Origin: Ophelia neglecta
Lineage: Eukaryota
Length of the DNA: 64,000 bases
NCBI GenBank assembly: GCA_965285935.1
Contig: OZ260661.1
Span: 136,896,001 to 136,960,000, forward strand
Direction of reading: 5' to 3'
Shown here: positions 1-12,258 of the stretch, one piece after another
Layout: every line of letters begins with the position of its first letter
Numbering within the stretch: position 1 is the first letter of the stretch
Position numbers and translations under genes: made by a program
The notes under the pieces: generated by a model
What the model saw: only the letters and a program-made list of their open reading frames with translations
What the model was told of the DNA's origin: nothing
Database searches by the model: none

Positions 1-1999
1 AAATGAAACACGGTGTTTATGTAACTCCTCAATTTGGCCACAATACAAGCAATTGGTCCATCTTCTTATTTATTCAGCACTCAATTATTCCAAGATGTAT
101 AGGTCATCTGAATATCCGCAGTACTCTGCGCTTGGGACGATGCATAAACTATCTATATTGTATTGACGAAATAACAGTATCCAAGCAGTTGTGCGAAAGC
201 GGTCATATGGCGATAGGTCGAGCGGAGAAGAGAACCCCCCCCCCCCCCATTTACCCCTTTATAGCTTTTTTACATACTATAATTTCTCATTTTCATTCTC
301 GACTTGGTAAAATATATTATGATAAAGCATATCCAACTACATATATAGAAGCCACAACCAGTACGGCGAGGCTGACCCATGCATGTCGGATTGATGCTGA
401 CCTATGATTTATCCGCTTTCAAAGCTTCACAAATGTGAATGTACCTGTGGGCATGAGTCATTTAATGTGTATTAGTGAGACCAACCATGAACGATGGAAT
501 GCAGCTCATATTGTTTCTTCCTTTCGAACTAATGGTGACTTAAAAAAGGAAAGTTGTTACCAGGCAGGCAGAAAAAAATCATTAGTCAGAGATAGTATCA
601 AATATGTACAAAAATAACAGAAAACACTGATACGTTTAACTCTTAACTTCTCATTGCAAATTTATTGACCGTTTGGAAGCTTGCCATTGATTTATGTGAA
701 CCTGTGGCTGGTGGTCCCTGATTGGTTCGGACCAACTTACTGGACTTGTTTTGATTAATGCCGTTCATTGTCTGTCGATTATCCAATCCAGTTTTTTTTT
801 CTTTATAGTCCCAGTATATTAAGTAACGCATTATTTTTATGTTAACTGGGGTCTAAACAATATTTTTCGGGTGGAACTTTCTCTCAATAATGGTCTTTAC
901 GGTGTACAAAAATTAAACATTCCAAACCAAATTACGAATATCACTTAATAATCGACACTTTCCATGATGCGAAATAAGCTAAACAAACGAATCAGTGGTC
1001 AAGATAGGAGGATGAAACTTGTCCGAAGAGAAGCCATGCGAGCGTAAGATCTCATATAATAGATAGTAAAGCTGAAATTGCCACAGTAAAGAAAATGTTA
1101 AAGAGGTGGGTAAAAGTCACTGTATCACTAGAAAAATATGTTATCAGATCTCCGCTATAGTACTTTATAAAAAGTACTTCAGTAAAGTGAACCAGTCACA
1201 TGACTGAACACATGGACCCGCAACAAACGGAAATATATCAGATCAGTATGAAGCAAATGCACGTGGCCTAGCCCTAGGATAATCACTCAAAACCACTGCA
1301 ATATCGAACTGCGTAAATATCAGTCTAGAGACTGCTAGTGGATATCACTTCGACAAAGAAATACAGGCATCTGTGAATGTATAAATTTTGCTACCTAAGC
1401 TGAGACGAAAGTTATATTATACTTTATCACGAATTTCAATAACTGCTTCCCGATTTCATGATTACCATTATATGTTTAAAGTGTGGTTAAAAAGGTGTTT
1501 TGAAGAAAATGATTTATCAAAAGAGGTTCAATTGTCAATAGTTAACCATTTATTGGACTACTTTAGTTCTGGAACCGCTTAATGTAGCTCTACGTCCAGT
1601 CCTACTGATATATTATATCATAAAGGTTAAGACTTCCTAAAAGTATGAATTATTATCAGATGCTAAAGGTAACACTGCAACCATTAAATACATATTGCTT
1701 CAATGTGGTCGACAAAGTTGTAATCTGCCAAATTATAGTTAATATTATTGTGCTATTAAAACAATGGCCTCAAAATTGCCTTGTTATATTCGACCTCGTG
1801 CAAATTACAAATTGTGAACCTATTAACTGTTTTCACCAATTTGTTGTTAAATGACTGGCCTCCACATTGCCAGGGTTTTCATCATCACATATAATGTGGT
1901 TAATATATTTGTCATTGAAAACCATTATGATAAATATATATCTGTCATTAAAAACCATAATTATAAATTAACTACCACTGTCAAGATGGTCCATGGAAC

Positions 2000-2335
2000 G
2001 GTGTGAGATATGTCTGAACTTGTCTGAATGTATTGTGTTGGTGCTAAGTGTGAGCATTTGACCAATGCTCCTTCACCTCTGTATTTTTATTTTTTTATTC
2101 TGCTTTGATCCCTTATACTTTTCCCTGTGGTGGCCCCCATGCTAGCGTCCATTTAGGACTTAATGGGGGTCTCCCTGACCGCGGGGACACACTGCTACTG
2201 GTACTTCGAAAGCATCCATTTGCCTTTCTTTTTTTTTCTTCATGATATTCGTGTTTTGTGTGTCTTTGACTTTCCTTTAATATTGCAATTGTATGATTTC
2301 TTGGTCAAATAAATGAATCTGAATCTGAAAATCTG
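2000..2335 (+). mobile_element. 5'-truncated LINE 3' end (3' UTR hairpin plus short tandem tail)
   Basis: Long hairpin at 2123-2185 (GGCCCCCAT..GTCC-ATTTA-GGAC..ATGGGGGTC), AATAAA at 2308-2313, then the tail TGAATCTGAATCTGAAAATCTG. The 5' boundary is approximate. Confidence 0.5.
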
Positions 2336-3047
2336 CTATAATATCGTTTTAGGGGCCACACGCAGCTTGGGACCCTTATTATTTCACCGACATGAACCCC
2401 TTAGCATGCGCCTGACCTTAATGACAGTCTGCAAACACCGATGAAGGTAAAACATACGTCTGGTCATTGCATGAGTTTATGTAAATTTGACAGAATGGCA
2501 CACTCACAGTGGGTGTGAAAATCCTCAAATGGCCCCCCTGGCGTGTTATGCCAATCTGTGTTCCCTACCGAACAGTGATCACGCTGGCACGCTGAATTTC
2601 CAAGATTTCAGTCAGCAGGCCAAAGACGACATGATTTCTCTTATCATCTGATCACCATCCCTACGTAAATGTCAGATACTAGAAAGGTCATTGTGTGTTC
2701 TTAATTCAGTTTACTACTAGTTTTTCTTTATATATGCGGGCTTGTGTAATTCTAAAAATGGTTTCATAAGGCTTAAGAGAGTCAGTTTACAATTGATGTT
2801 TCTCTTTTGGTCTGAACATGTGTAGGATTTTGTAGATGTTTTTTAAAACCAACGCAGTAAAGGTGGAACTGATTGATCTTTTCAGGACACCATAGGGACT
2901 AGGGGCAATGCTCATCGACTTCATACTGTTACAACATCTTATCACACCAATTCACGTGCCAAGTCTTAATTAAAGACTTATACACATCTTAATTAAAGAC
3001 TTATACATATACACGCCATTCATAGCAAACTAACCCGATATCACTAG

Positions 3048-3432
3048 GAGCCTGTTTCATAGAGCCTGGATTACCGCGAAATCCCAGATCGAATAGCCTG
3101 ATTAATGTAGATGCCTATTTCATGAAGGGCAATCACAGTCTTACGCCACAAATCTACCAAATAGCTGGCTTATGATTTTAATCCAGGCTTATTTTTTGCA
3201 ACATAGTGCGACACGTATTAATAGATAAATGCATTTATGATCAAACCGCAGAATAACAGAAGTCTAGTCGTATTGCTGTGCTTGGCTTTAGCCTAACAAG
3301 CCTCTGCCAGCGGTGTTAATAGGCACAGATGTTCGTGGTGATAAAAAAGGAATTACATGTTAGTTGTAGTACTTTTCGAGCCTGGTGTTTTGACACGCCT
3401 GGCTTAGAAGCACATTTCTATGAAACAGGCCG
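3048..3432. mobile_element. MITE / non-autonomous DNA transposon
   Basis: Terminal inverted repeats GCCTGTTTCATAGA (3050-3063) and TCTATGAAACAGGC (3417-3430); no coding capacity. Confidence 0.7.
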
Positions 3433-4639
3433 CAGGAGCCAGCAGTCACTCGCCAATCCCCTGCTACCAAACTATTAATTGATAATGCAAGTTGATGAAT
3501 GAAATATAAAATTAATATCACTTTGAATGAGAGAATGTCAGAATATCACATAAATGCCTGGCTGGTTCCCTTACTTTATATTTTATTGCACTATCGAAGA
3601 GATTTAATAGCATTTTCCCTTTTAGATTACAGGGACCAATTTATCGTTTTGAGGCCTTTTCACCAGGATATTGGTGTAAGCGGGCATAAGAGCGTTGCCT
3701 TCTGAATGATTTAATAGACTTGATGTATAATTTTTTTTATACCTGTGTAACAGGTTTCGGGGTTCCCGGGGTAGAAGATAGGTACCCTACCCGCTTGGAA
3801 CACATTTGCTAACGCAAACCCGGATGTCTCTCGTTCGGGAAATTCTAGTATATTGGGGATCCGGCCTCGAAATCGTGGTTTGTTACGTGCGCCTGTCTTA
3901 TATTAGTGGTTTATTTCTTTCCCGAAGTCTTTGACTCTAGGTTTTTGAGTTCCGGGAATTTTCATACATTCTGAGGTATCAACTTATTTCATACACCAAT
4001 TTCCGGGTTTTGCTGTTTACCACATCATTCCCTCAGCTATTAGAACATTCTCGATTTATCATCTGTGCTTTTTCTTCCGCGAATCCACCACAGTCATTTA
4101 AATAGAAGATTAACCCCAATTGCACTTTTGCAATTCTGTTCTCAATGTATACTTTTTCCAGAAGGTGATTCCTTTTCGGTGAATGGGGATGTATATCATC
4201 AGACACCTGCTGCTGATGGGGAAAAATAAGATATGTTTGCACTCGTGTCTTCTTCTCAAACTGTTCACATTACTATGTGGATTTGAAATGGCATCGGAAA
4301 ACAGATAGCTATCACAAGTAAGATGAATTTCAATTCGCCAATGCAATTAGGTAACCACCACGATAGAATGAAAAGGGCTATAATGTCACCGGTGTTCTAA
4401 AAAGACAATACCAATTATGTCTTATGTATCGCATGTGATAAGCCTTTAATTTCGTCCATTATGCTTGAGCGAGTACTGTGTGAAGCCTCACAAGTCCATT
4501 GTGTCCGAAGAGTATGTACGAGTACATGTATATACGAAATCCAATAGCGTCGAGTGGAATTTGCTCAGACCAAATATAACACATGGCTACGAACTGATAA
4601 ATCACGCCTGTTTGCAACCTTATAGTTTTTTGTGCCATT

Positions 4640-4850
4640 TTATTCAGAGAAAAGAGGAACTCTTTCCGATAAATCGGTCCCACGTGGTCAGGCATTGCAG
4701 AATATACTATTAATAAAATGAGGCCAGGTATTGCCTTGTGCTCCTGGGCTCCAAGGCTCTGGGATCGGGACGCTCCTTTGGCGCATGTATGAGCAGACTT
4801 TGGGGTCACGTAATTTGCCAACAATGCCTCATGTTCTATGCAAATTTTAG
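4640..4850 (+). pseudogene. Highly degenerate L2-like reverse transcriptase fragment
   Basis: Frameshifted translation LQGSGIGTLLWRMY..TLGHVICQQCLMFYAN resembles the L2 motif PQGSVLGPLLFxxY..PLGxII..YADD. Confidence 0.35.
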
Positions 4851-5019
4851 TGAAACACGTGCATATTAAACGATAGAACCAGTCAACATGTTTGAGTCAT
4901 GCCTTTCAAGCCTTTAGGGATTGGGTGCTGGCAAATGCTAAATGCCGACAAAACCATAAATGTATTATTACCTAACGACTGATGTATTTACCTAGTTGTT
5001 GTTTTATTTTCTAGAGGAA

Positions 5020-5385
5020 AATGAGAGTGTACACTGTGTCACTCTGTGCCACCTGAATTATATATATTACCTCAGTTACTAAGAATGACCCCTTGTACTT
5101 TGAGCAAGCCACGAACCAATGGATCTGTTAAGTCTGCTTTACATATCTTATTCCATTCAATCAAATTCGAAATGAAGAATTTGCTGTTGCTTTGGAGGAA
5201 AATTTCTTAGAATGCCGAAAGATGAGCTTGTCTGAACTTCTTCAACAGGTATTTTCTCTCCGCTATCCGGTGTCGACCCTGTATCTAACTTTTACGATCA
5301 ACGTTGTAACGGCCCAACAAGTTGTGATTATCAAACAAAAAATGTTTCCAGTGACAAATATACCGGATTCTCCATCCCTGATGAT
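5020..5385 (+). pseudogene. Degenerate N-terminus (PHD-finger region) of a Crack/CR1-type ORF2
   Basis: Frameshifted translation CVTLCHLN..WIC*VCFTYLIPFNQI..VDPVSNFY..CDY matches the WxCxxC..FPFNxI..DPDxNFY..CxY pattern that precedes APE in these LINEs. Confidence 0.5.
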
Positions 5386-5590
5386 AGTTGGTTTAGTTTA
5401 AACATATTTATTTATATCTTGTGCGCATGTGCAAGGCGGGAACTCTTTTTCAAATCAGCTTGGATTTTCGATCTAAATTGTTGATTTTCACCGAAATATG
5501 ATATAGTGTTCCTTGTCGGATATGTGCATGGTGTTGTGTGAGTGTCAGTGGTTCTGTTGATGTTCACTTTTATACTGTGATACTAGAGAA

Positions 5591-6587
5591 ATGGAAGTAT
5601 CTGGTGATTCAAACGACTCCCTAGTCATAACAAAGGAGGAGGTACACCAGTTGGTAAAAGTCGGTCGACGCTGCAATGACAAACTTCACCGAAAACTTCG
5701 ACAAGCTGCTGAATGATAAACTGGATTATAAATTGCAATCTCTGGAATCCTGGGTATCCAGTGTGGACACGCGTGTAACTCAACACGAATCAAGAATTGG
5801 AAACTTAGAGGCACGACTTAATAAACAGGACCGAGTGATCAATCAGCTAAAAAATGAACTCTATGAAATTAAAAAAGCTGTTAATGATGTTGAAGCGTGG
5901 ACCCGTAAGTCAAGCATCAGAATAGCTGGTATTGCTCGAGGACAAAACGAGAACTGCAAAGCAGAGTGCGTTAAATTTTTCAAAAATAAACTCGATGTTA
6001 TTATCAAGGAAGAGGAAATTGACGTTGCACATCGGTTGCCCACCCAACAAACCGCCACCGGTAAGAAGACTCCCCCCACCATCCTGTGCAAATTTGTCAA
6101 AATTGACTCCAAAATCCAAGTGTTAAAAGCTAAGGGACCCAAAGGGGAAAAACTGAGGGATACCAAGTTCAGTGTCTATGAGGATATTACCAGATCAAAT
6201 GCTGCTCTCCTGTACTCGCTTAAACAACGCAAGACTGAACTTAACTTGCAGTCGGCATGGGCAGCAAACGGTAAAGTGTTTACTAAGAACTCCAGTGGTG
6301 TCATTCGCATTGTTAAGCCCCACGCAGTAGCCAGCCAAACTCCCTCACCCGGTCGAAAGCATCCGTTTGGCGATGCTCAGCATACTATGGAATCCTCCCC
6401 ACGGGTTCGGGTCCCTCAGATCACTGGCCGTGATGAAAAATGGAGCTCCTCAGTTGTCCGCAGCCCTAGAAGTACCCCTGGCGATGACCCCGCTTCTACT
6501 TCTAAGAAGCGACTCCACATGTCAAGCAGCCCAGAATTACCACCTGATACTGTAGACAAACTGAATTTCACAGTAACATCATGCTGA
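5591..6587 (+). pseudogene. LINE ORF1 (coiled coil plus L1-ORF1/transposase_22-like RRM and CTD) with a frameshift near the N-terminus
   Basis: ORF 5676-6587 has a heptad coiled coil, then RKSSIRIAGI..IDVAHRLP..ILCKF..VYEDIT..AWAANGKVF. The ATG at 5591 (MEVSGDSNDSLVITKEEVHQLV) joins this frame if the A-run in GGTAAAAGTC (~5655-5659) is corrected. Confidence 0.85.
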
Positions 6588-7390
6588 AACATGCCAAATA
6601 AGACTAAAACTATTCCTATGAGGAGCAAACAAATCGGTAACTGTATTGTTCGAAATGATCATCTCTTGCTTGGCAAAGGCTGAAAAATCACTAAAGTACT
6701 ATACTATCTGTTTATTGAATCCCACCTATCTAATATTACATGGCAATATTACATCTCACATTTACTTGACTAACTGCGAGGTAATACATATGCTTCAAAC
6801 TATCAGATAACATGCATGTTCAATGATGTCACATGTACCTATGTATTCAAATCTATTTGTAAGATAATATATATATTAGGAGGGCAATTTTTATAATACT
6901 TTTAGCAGCTCACCATTTGAATGCCATGTTTTGTTAGCGGGCATGTTTTCCTAGAATATGATACAAATTCGGCCTAGTATATTGTCTCCTGAACATATCT
7001 AGCTTATGTTCTTGTCGAAGGCAGAGAAACTACTTCATCCCTAACTACAGGGCCGTTTCTATTATCCCATTGTAACACCACCACATATCCCCTAGATCCA
7101 AAATTCTATCATTATGTATATACATGTATCACCATATTATTTGCCATCTCACCCATCTCATTTTCATTTTGCCTTTTCTTTAATACATATTTGGGGGCAT
7201 GGAACTGTATATGATAGTTTTTGTTCTACTCAATCATTGTCTTTGACACTACAAAACAGCTGATTCGGGTCACCACTAGGAAGCCTACTCGTGTTCAGTG
7301 CACTTTTGTGCCGTAATCGAATCGTTGTCTCTAAACTACTCTCCCTTGGCAGCTTATCCGTTAACACTTCTATTGTTCATAAACTATCAC

Positions 7391-10300
7391 ATGAATAACT
7401 CTTCCTATGCCAGACCTTGTGGCATGAGGTCATTCATGTCCAGTGTTTCTCTCACGTGTTGCGGTCTATTCTACTTCACGGTTATTAGAGAAATTCTTAT
7501 CGCACTTAGTGGCGATGTAGAGTCAAACCCTGGCCCTCAAGCTAAGGAATTTAATTTGATGGTTTGCTATATGAACATACGCAGTCTGGCAGCAAGGGCT
7601 GTTTCTAATGATCATGTTTTTACCAAATTCGACCACCTTGTAAACTTTGCGTTGTCAAATCCCGTCGATGTAATTGGCCTTTCTGAAACTTGGCTGGACA
7701 ACACTATATCTGACAGTGAAATCATGCTAGAAAATGTTCGGGCCCCCATTCGCAGGGACAGAAATCGCCATGGCGGTGGCCTTGCAATATATTTATCTAA
7801 TGACTTCCCCGGCAGTCGTGATGAAAATTTAGAAAGCACCGCTATTGAAAATGTATGTATTAGATTAAAACACCGTCATCATGCTGTCCTCCTATGCTTT
7901 TACTATCGCCCCCCTAATTTCGATTCTGTTACTTTTTTAAATGAGATCAACGTAATTTTAGACAACAGCAGGGACACGTATAATGCAGTCTTTTTCATTG
8001 GTGACTCCAATGCAAAGCACCAAGCTTTCTATAAGTCTGACTCCACGGATACAAACGGTCGTCTCTTTCACGACTTTTTCTCAATTAACAATTTTACTGA
8101 GATCATTTCAGAGCCTACAAGATATGGCCTGAATTCTGAGTCATGCATCGATCACATTTTTGCTGATTCTAACGCTCTCGACCTGGTACATCATAGTGGT
8201 ACATTTCAGCAGGTGTGCGATAACTCAGATCACAAACCAATTTATGTAGAAGTTAAATTGAAAATTGTCAAACTCCTCTCCTACCAGCGATATGTTTGGA
8301 ATTTCAAACAAGCTAATTATGATGAATATAGGGATATTTTATCACGCATTCCATGGGAAATTGTATTTGAACTTGACAGTGTTGATGATATAGCAGAAAA
8401 CATCATGAGCATTGTGATGGAATCTGCCAAACAGTGTATCCCATTCCAGCAAGTTGTCATCCGTCCCCGGGACAAACCTTGGATGACGTCGGTTACTAGA
8501 TCAGCTACTGCTGAGAAAAATCGACTGTATAAAATAAAAAATCGTAGCCCTGCCGACTTTATTAGATATAAAGCAGCTCGCAACCGTTCTGTTAATGTCT
8601 GTAGAATTGCTAAACAAAATTATGACCAACGTGGTGACGACGTTTTGCAGTCTTCTTGTAGAACCAAACAGTGGTACAACATTGTGAAAGGTATTTTATC
8701 AGGTTCCTCTCCTAGCTGTCAGTACCCTCTTAAGCATAATGGCTCACTTGTAACTGACTGTGATGACAAAGCTACGATCCTGAACAAATACTTTGTCCAA
8801 CAGTCAACGATTGACTCGGGCAACAAAACTGTCGGTGAACTACCCTTATACACTGAAGCAATTGTCAGTGACAAAGTTGTCACTGAATTCGAAGTCTTCA
8901 ATATTTTAAGCAACTTAGACACTACTAAGGCTACTGGGCCTGATATTATAGGCAATCGCATTCTAAGGGAGGGCGCTATAGCTTTAGCTAAACCACTTAG
9001 TGGTCTTTTTAATATTTCGCTGGGTCAGTGTGTCTTCCCTGCCATTTGGAAACGGGCAAATGTCATACCCGTCTATAAAAAGGATGATAAAACTCTCTGT
9101 AGTAACTATCGTCCTATTTCTCTTTTGCCCTGTGTCTCGAAAGTATTTGAACGCATTATGTTCAATCACTTATTCTCTTTTTTAAAAACACACAAACTTA
9201 TTACTCCTTGTCAGTCGGGCTTCATCCCTGGCGATTCCACAACGAACCAATTGCTGCGTAATTGCAACAACATTTACTCTGCTTTTGAGACGGACAACGA
9301 TATAATGGCCGTCTTGCTTGACTTCTCTAAAGCTTTTGACAGAGTATGGCACAGGGGTCTATTGTACAAGTTGAGGAGGTATGGAATTATCGGTAAAACC
9401 ATTCAGTGGATTTCTAGCTACCTTTCAAATAGACATCAACGGGTCACCATACCGGGCGGTATATCCGATTGGGAAGTTGTTCCAGCAGGGGTGCCCCAGG
9501 GCTCATAACTCGGCCCCCTGTTATTCCTTCTCTATATAAACGACATTGGAAATCACATAAGCAGCAATATTTATCTATTTGCCGATGACACTTCTCTTTT
9601 CAACACATTCAGTAGTGAAAATGTTCGCAACGCAACCCAAACAATAAATACAGATCTTGCTAATTTAAATCGCTGGTGCGACGAGTGGATGGTAAATTTA
9701 AATGTAGCCAAAACTCAATTCATGGTCTTTAGCTTGCGCAACAATCCCCTTATACCCACCTTATATATCCATGGAAGAGTAATTCCTTTAAAAGACTCTG
9801 TCAACCTATTAGGACTTACTCTTACTCAAAAACTCTCCTGGAGTGAACACATTTCCCATTTGGTTTCGAAGGCCAACAAACGTGTGAATATTTTGAACTC
9901 TCTTAAGTATAGATGTTCTAGAAAGGGCATTGAAATAGCATATGTCACATTCATTCGTCCTGTTTTAGAATACAGCTCTATCATATTTGACAGTTGTTCC
10001 CAACACGACGCAATCAGACTTGAACAAATCCAACTAAATTGTTTGAGAATTATATGTGGAGCTCGTAGGGGAACTTCTCATGATCTTCTGTACAATGAAA
10101 CCGGTTTTTCTCCCTTGGCCGTCCGGAGAAGATCATCTCGCCTTCTGAAACTATATGACATAATTTGGGGCAATGTTCCTGATTATCTTGGTGTATGTTT
10201 ACCACCACTTGTTCAGACCCTTGGCCACCGAACTCGCAGCTCGTCAAATCTCGCCCGGTATAATACTAGGTGTCGCACTGAAAAATATAAGCGCTCATTT

Positions 10301-10738
10301 CTACCTCAGTCAGTGTGTGACTGGAATACTCTCCCCCAAACTATAAAAGATATGAATAACCGCCGCCTTTTTTGTCTCAAATTAAAAGCCTCCTCTTTCA
10401 GTAAAATCCCTAAATACTTCTACCTTGGCTCCCGTTCTACTCAAATTATCTTATGCCAATTACGCCTTGGATGCAGTAGTCTAAATCATGACCTATTCCA
10501 GAACCACTGTATAGACTCTTCTTCCTGTAGCTGTGGCGCTCATTGCGAAACTGCCTACCACTATTTCTTCAGCTGCTCTAACTATGCACAATATAGGAAT
10601 CCACTACTTTATTTCCTTGCAATAAATAACCTTCAGTGTAATGTCTTTAACCTAGTTCACTCCACTAATGATCTCTTGGACAAAACCAAAATTACCTATC
10701 TAGAATCCTTCATTAACAGTACTCACCGCTGTCATTAA
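7391..10738 (+). pseudogene. LINE ORF2: 2A leader, APE endonuclease, reverse transcriptase and C-terminal Cys/His domain; one in-frame stop at 9506-9508
   Basis: APE motifs YMNIRSL, LSETWL, GDSNA, CIDHIF, SDHKPI. RT motifs NYRPISLL, LDFSKAFD, GVPQGS*LGPLLFLLYIND, FADD (9578-9589). C-terminal CSCG..ETAYHYFFSC. The frame is continuous across the stop. Confidence 0.95.
7487..7537 (+). other. 2A-like StopGo (ribosome skipping) peptide
   Basis: In-frame REILIALSG-DVESNPG-P, an exact D(V/I)ExNPGP consensus (7514-7537), immediately upstream of the APE domain. Confidence 0.9.
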
Positions 10739-11010
10739 CGCCATATTTGGCTTATATTGCATTCAGTGTTCTGCCTCTCTGCCCACAACTTAACCACCTC
10801 ACTTCATTTCATATCATTATCCCATAATGCATATTTTAATTTAATTGAATCTTTGTCTTTCTTCTCCGAGTTTATACTTTATTTTTGTTAATATTTCTAT
10901 AAAAGTGACCATCAACTATATTAATAATCAATTGATAATTTACTTCCGCTTATCTCATGTTTATTTATTTCCACCACTTTTGTACATACGTTGTGTTGTA
11001 TTCTGTTTTC

Positions 11011-11078
11011 CTGGCGATCCCCCTCGATTAGCCTTGGCTATTGGGGAGAGCCAGAATAAATAAATATGTTTAAACTAA
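11011..11078 (+). terminator. LINE 3' recognition stem-loop, poly(A) signal and tail
   Basis: CTGGC-GA-TCCCC..TAGCC-TT-GGCTA..GGGGA-GA-GCCAG followed by AATAAATAAATATGTTTAAACTAA. Confidence 0.8.
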
Positions 11079-12258
11079 CACAACCAAAAGATAACTCTGC
11101 ACTTAAAGTACCTTGGTATCCAAAATACTGGTAGAACTGTGATACCAAGTAATGTAAACCCTGAAGATACTGCGGAGTTTAACGCTACGAGGTGAAAACA
11201 AAGAAATACAAGAAAGTTGCTACACGGTGGCACAAAGCAGAGAAATTTGAATTAACGAGACTGATGGTTGACATAACAGAAAATTATAGCTACTTGTCAG
11301 TATTTGGTAATTATATTATTTAGGTATGGAATCATGTTCAAGCTCTCTTCTTGAGTGGGAACTCAGCGTTCGAAGTGAGATTTTACGACAGTTCAAAATG
11401 TTTTAGTTTGTTGTTATTCACAAAGGGATAGACATTGCTTTCCTTCCAAACAAGGTAGATTGATGTAGCTTATTCTACATACTTGATGTGTGTCAAAAAA
11501 GTATGCATGGGGGTACAAAAGGGGTCTCCTTGCTTATAATCATATGTTCATGGCTCTAGATTATAATTACTCATGGTATTAAATTTTTTTGTTGTTGTTG
11601 TTGTTGAAACTATTAATCTGATGCAGCTTGGTTAAAACTATTTATACTATATTTTCTAAAATTTGTACTTTTTAGCAGTCAAAGGCGTTCTGTAATTTGT
11701 GTGAACCTTCGATTTCCCCTGTTTCCACTCTACGTCGTATAGTTGTTGTTTATGTGTCTTTATGTAACAATATTATATCTAACACGCTCAAACCACAGCG
11801 TGGAAGATTACGATTTTGATGTATATTTTCCATTAGATTCTGACATTAAACCATGCATTAATTTTTGCATTTTTACCGGTTAGTAGGTAATGAGAAGATG
11901 GTAACAAATTATTTGTAGGCATGCAACATTTCTGAGACGTCACAGTCACCTTGACCATTTGTAAATACATATCAAAGGATGTCGGAGCACGACAAGATAA
12001 GGGGAAAAGGGATTAATATTTTTTCAAATTCACATGTGCAGAATCAAAGTACCCTGTGTTGCACTCGCGCAAAAAGGAAGAACTGAATAATGCGAGTGGT
12101 TCAATGAAGAATGTCGAAGTTGGCGCCTTCTCATTATGAATTCGTGAGCTTTATAAACAGTTTCTAATTCCATGGATGTGCATAAAACCATTGCAGAAAA
12201 AAACATGATAAATGACAAGTGCAGAAATTCCGTTCAGAAAAAGGGCATGTGATTTTGA

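Larger units (their letters stand above)
5393..11078 (+). mobile_element. Near full-length CR1-group non-LTR retrotransposon (LINE)
   Basis: 5' UTR, ORF1, ~0.7-0.8 kb spacer, ORF2 (APE-RT-Cys/His), 3' UTR with stem-loop (11011-11054) and AATAAATAAATATGTTTAAACTAA tail. Only two obvious inactivating lesions. Confidence 0.95.

Noticed and set aside
2424-2470. Possible hammerhead ribozyme cores (also CTGATGA/CTGACGA at ~5378, 48822, 56152, 60073)
   Set aside because: No correctly placed GAAA with closing stems could be drawn.
4033-4242. RTE-like RT remnant (SDDI..HLLEK..LGL) on -
   Set aside because: Similarity is too weak to list without an alignment.
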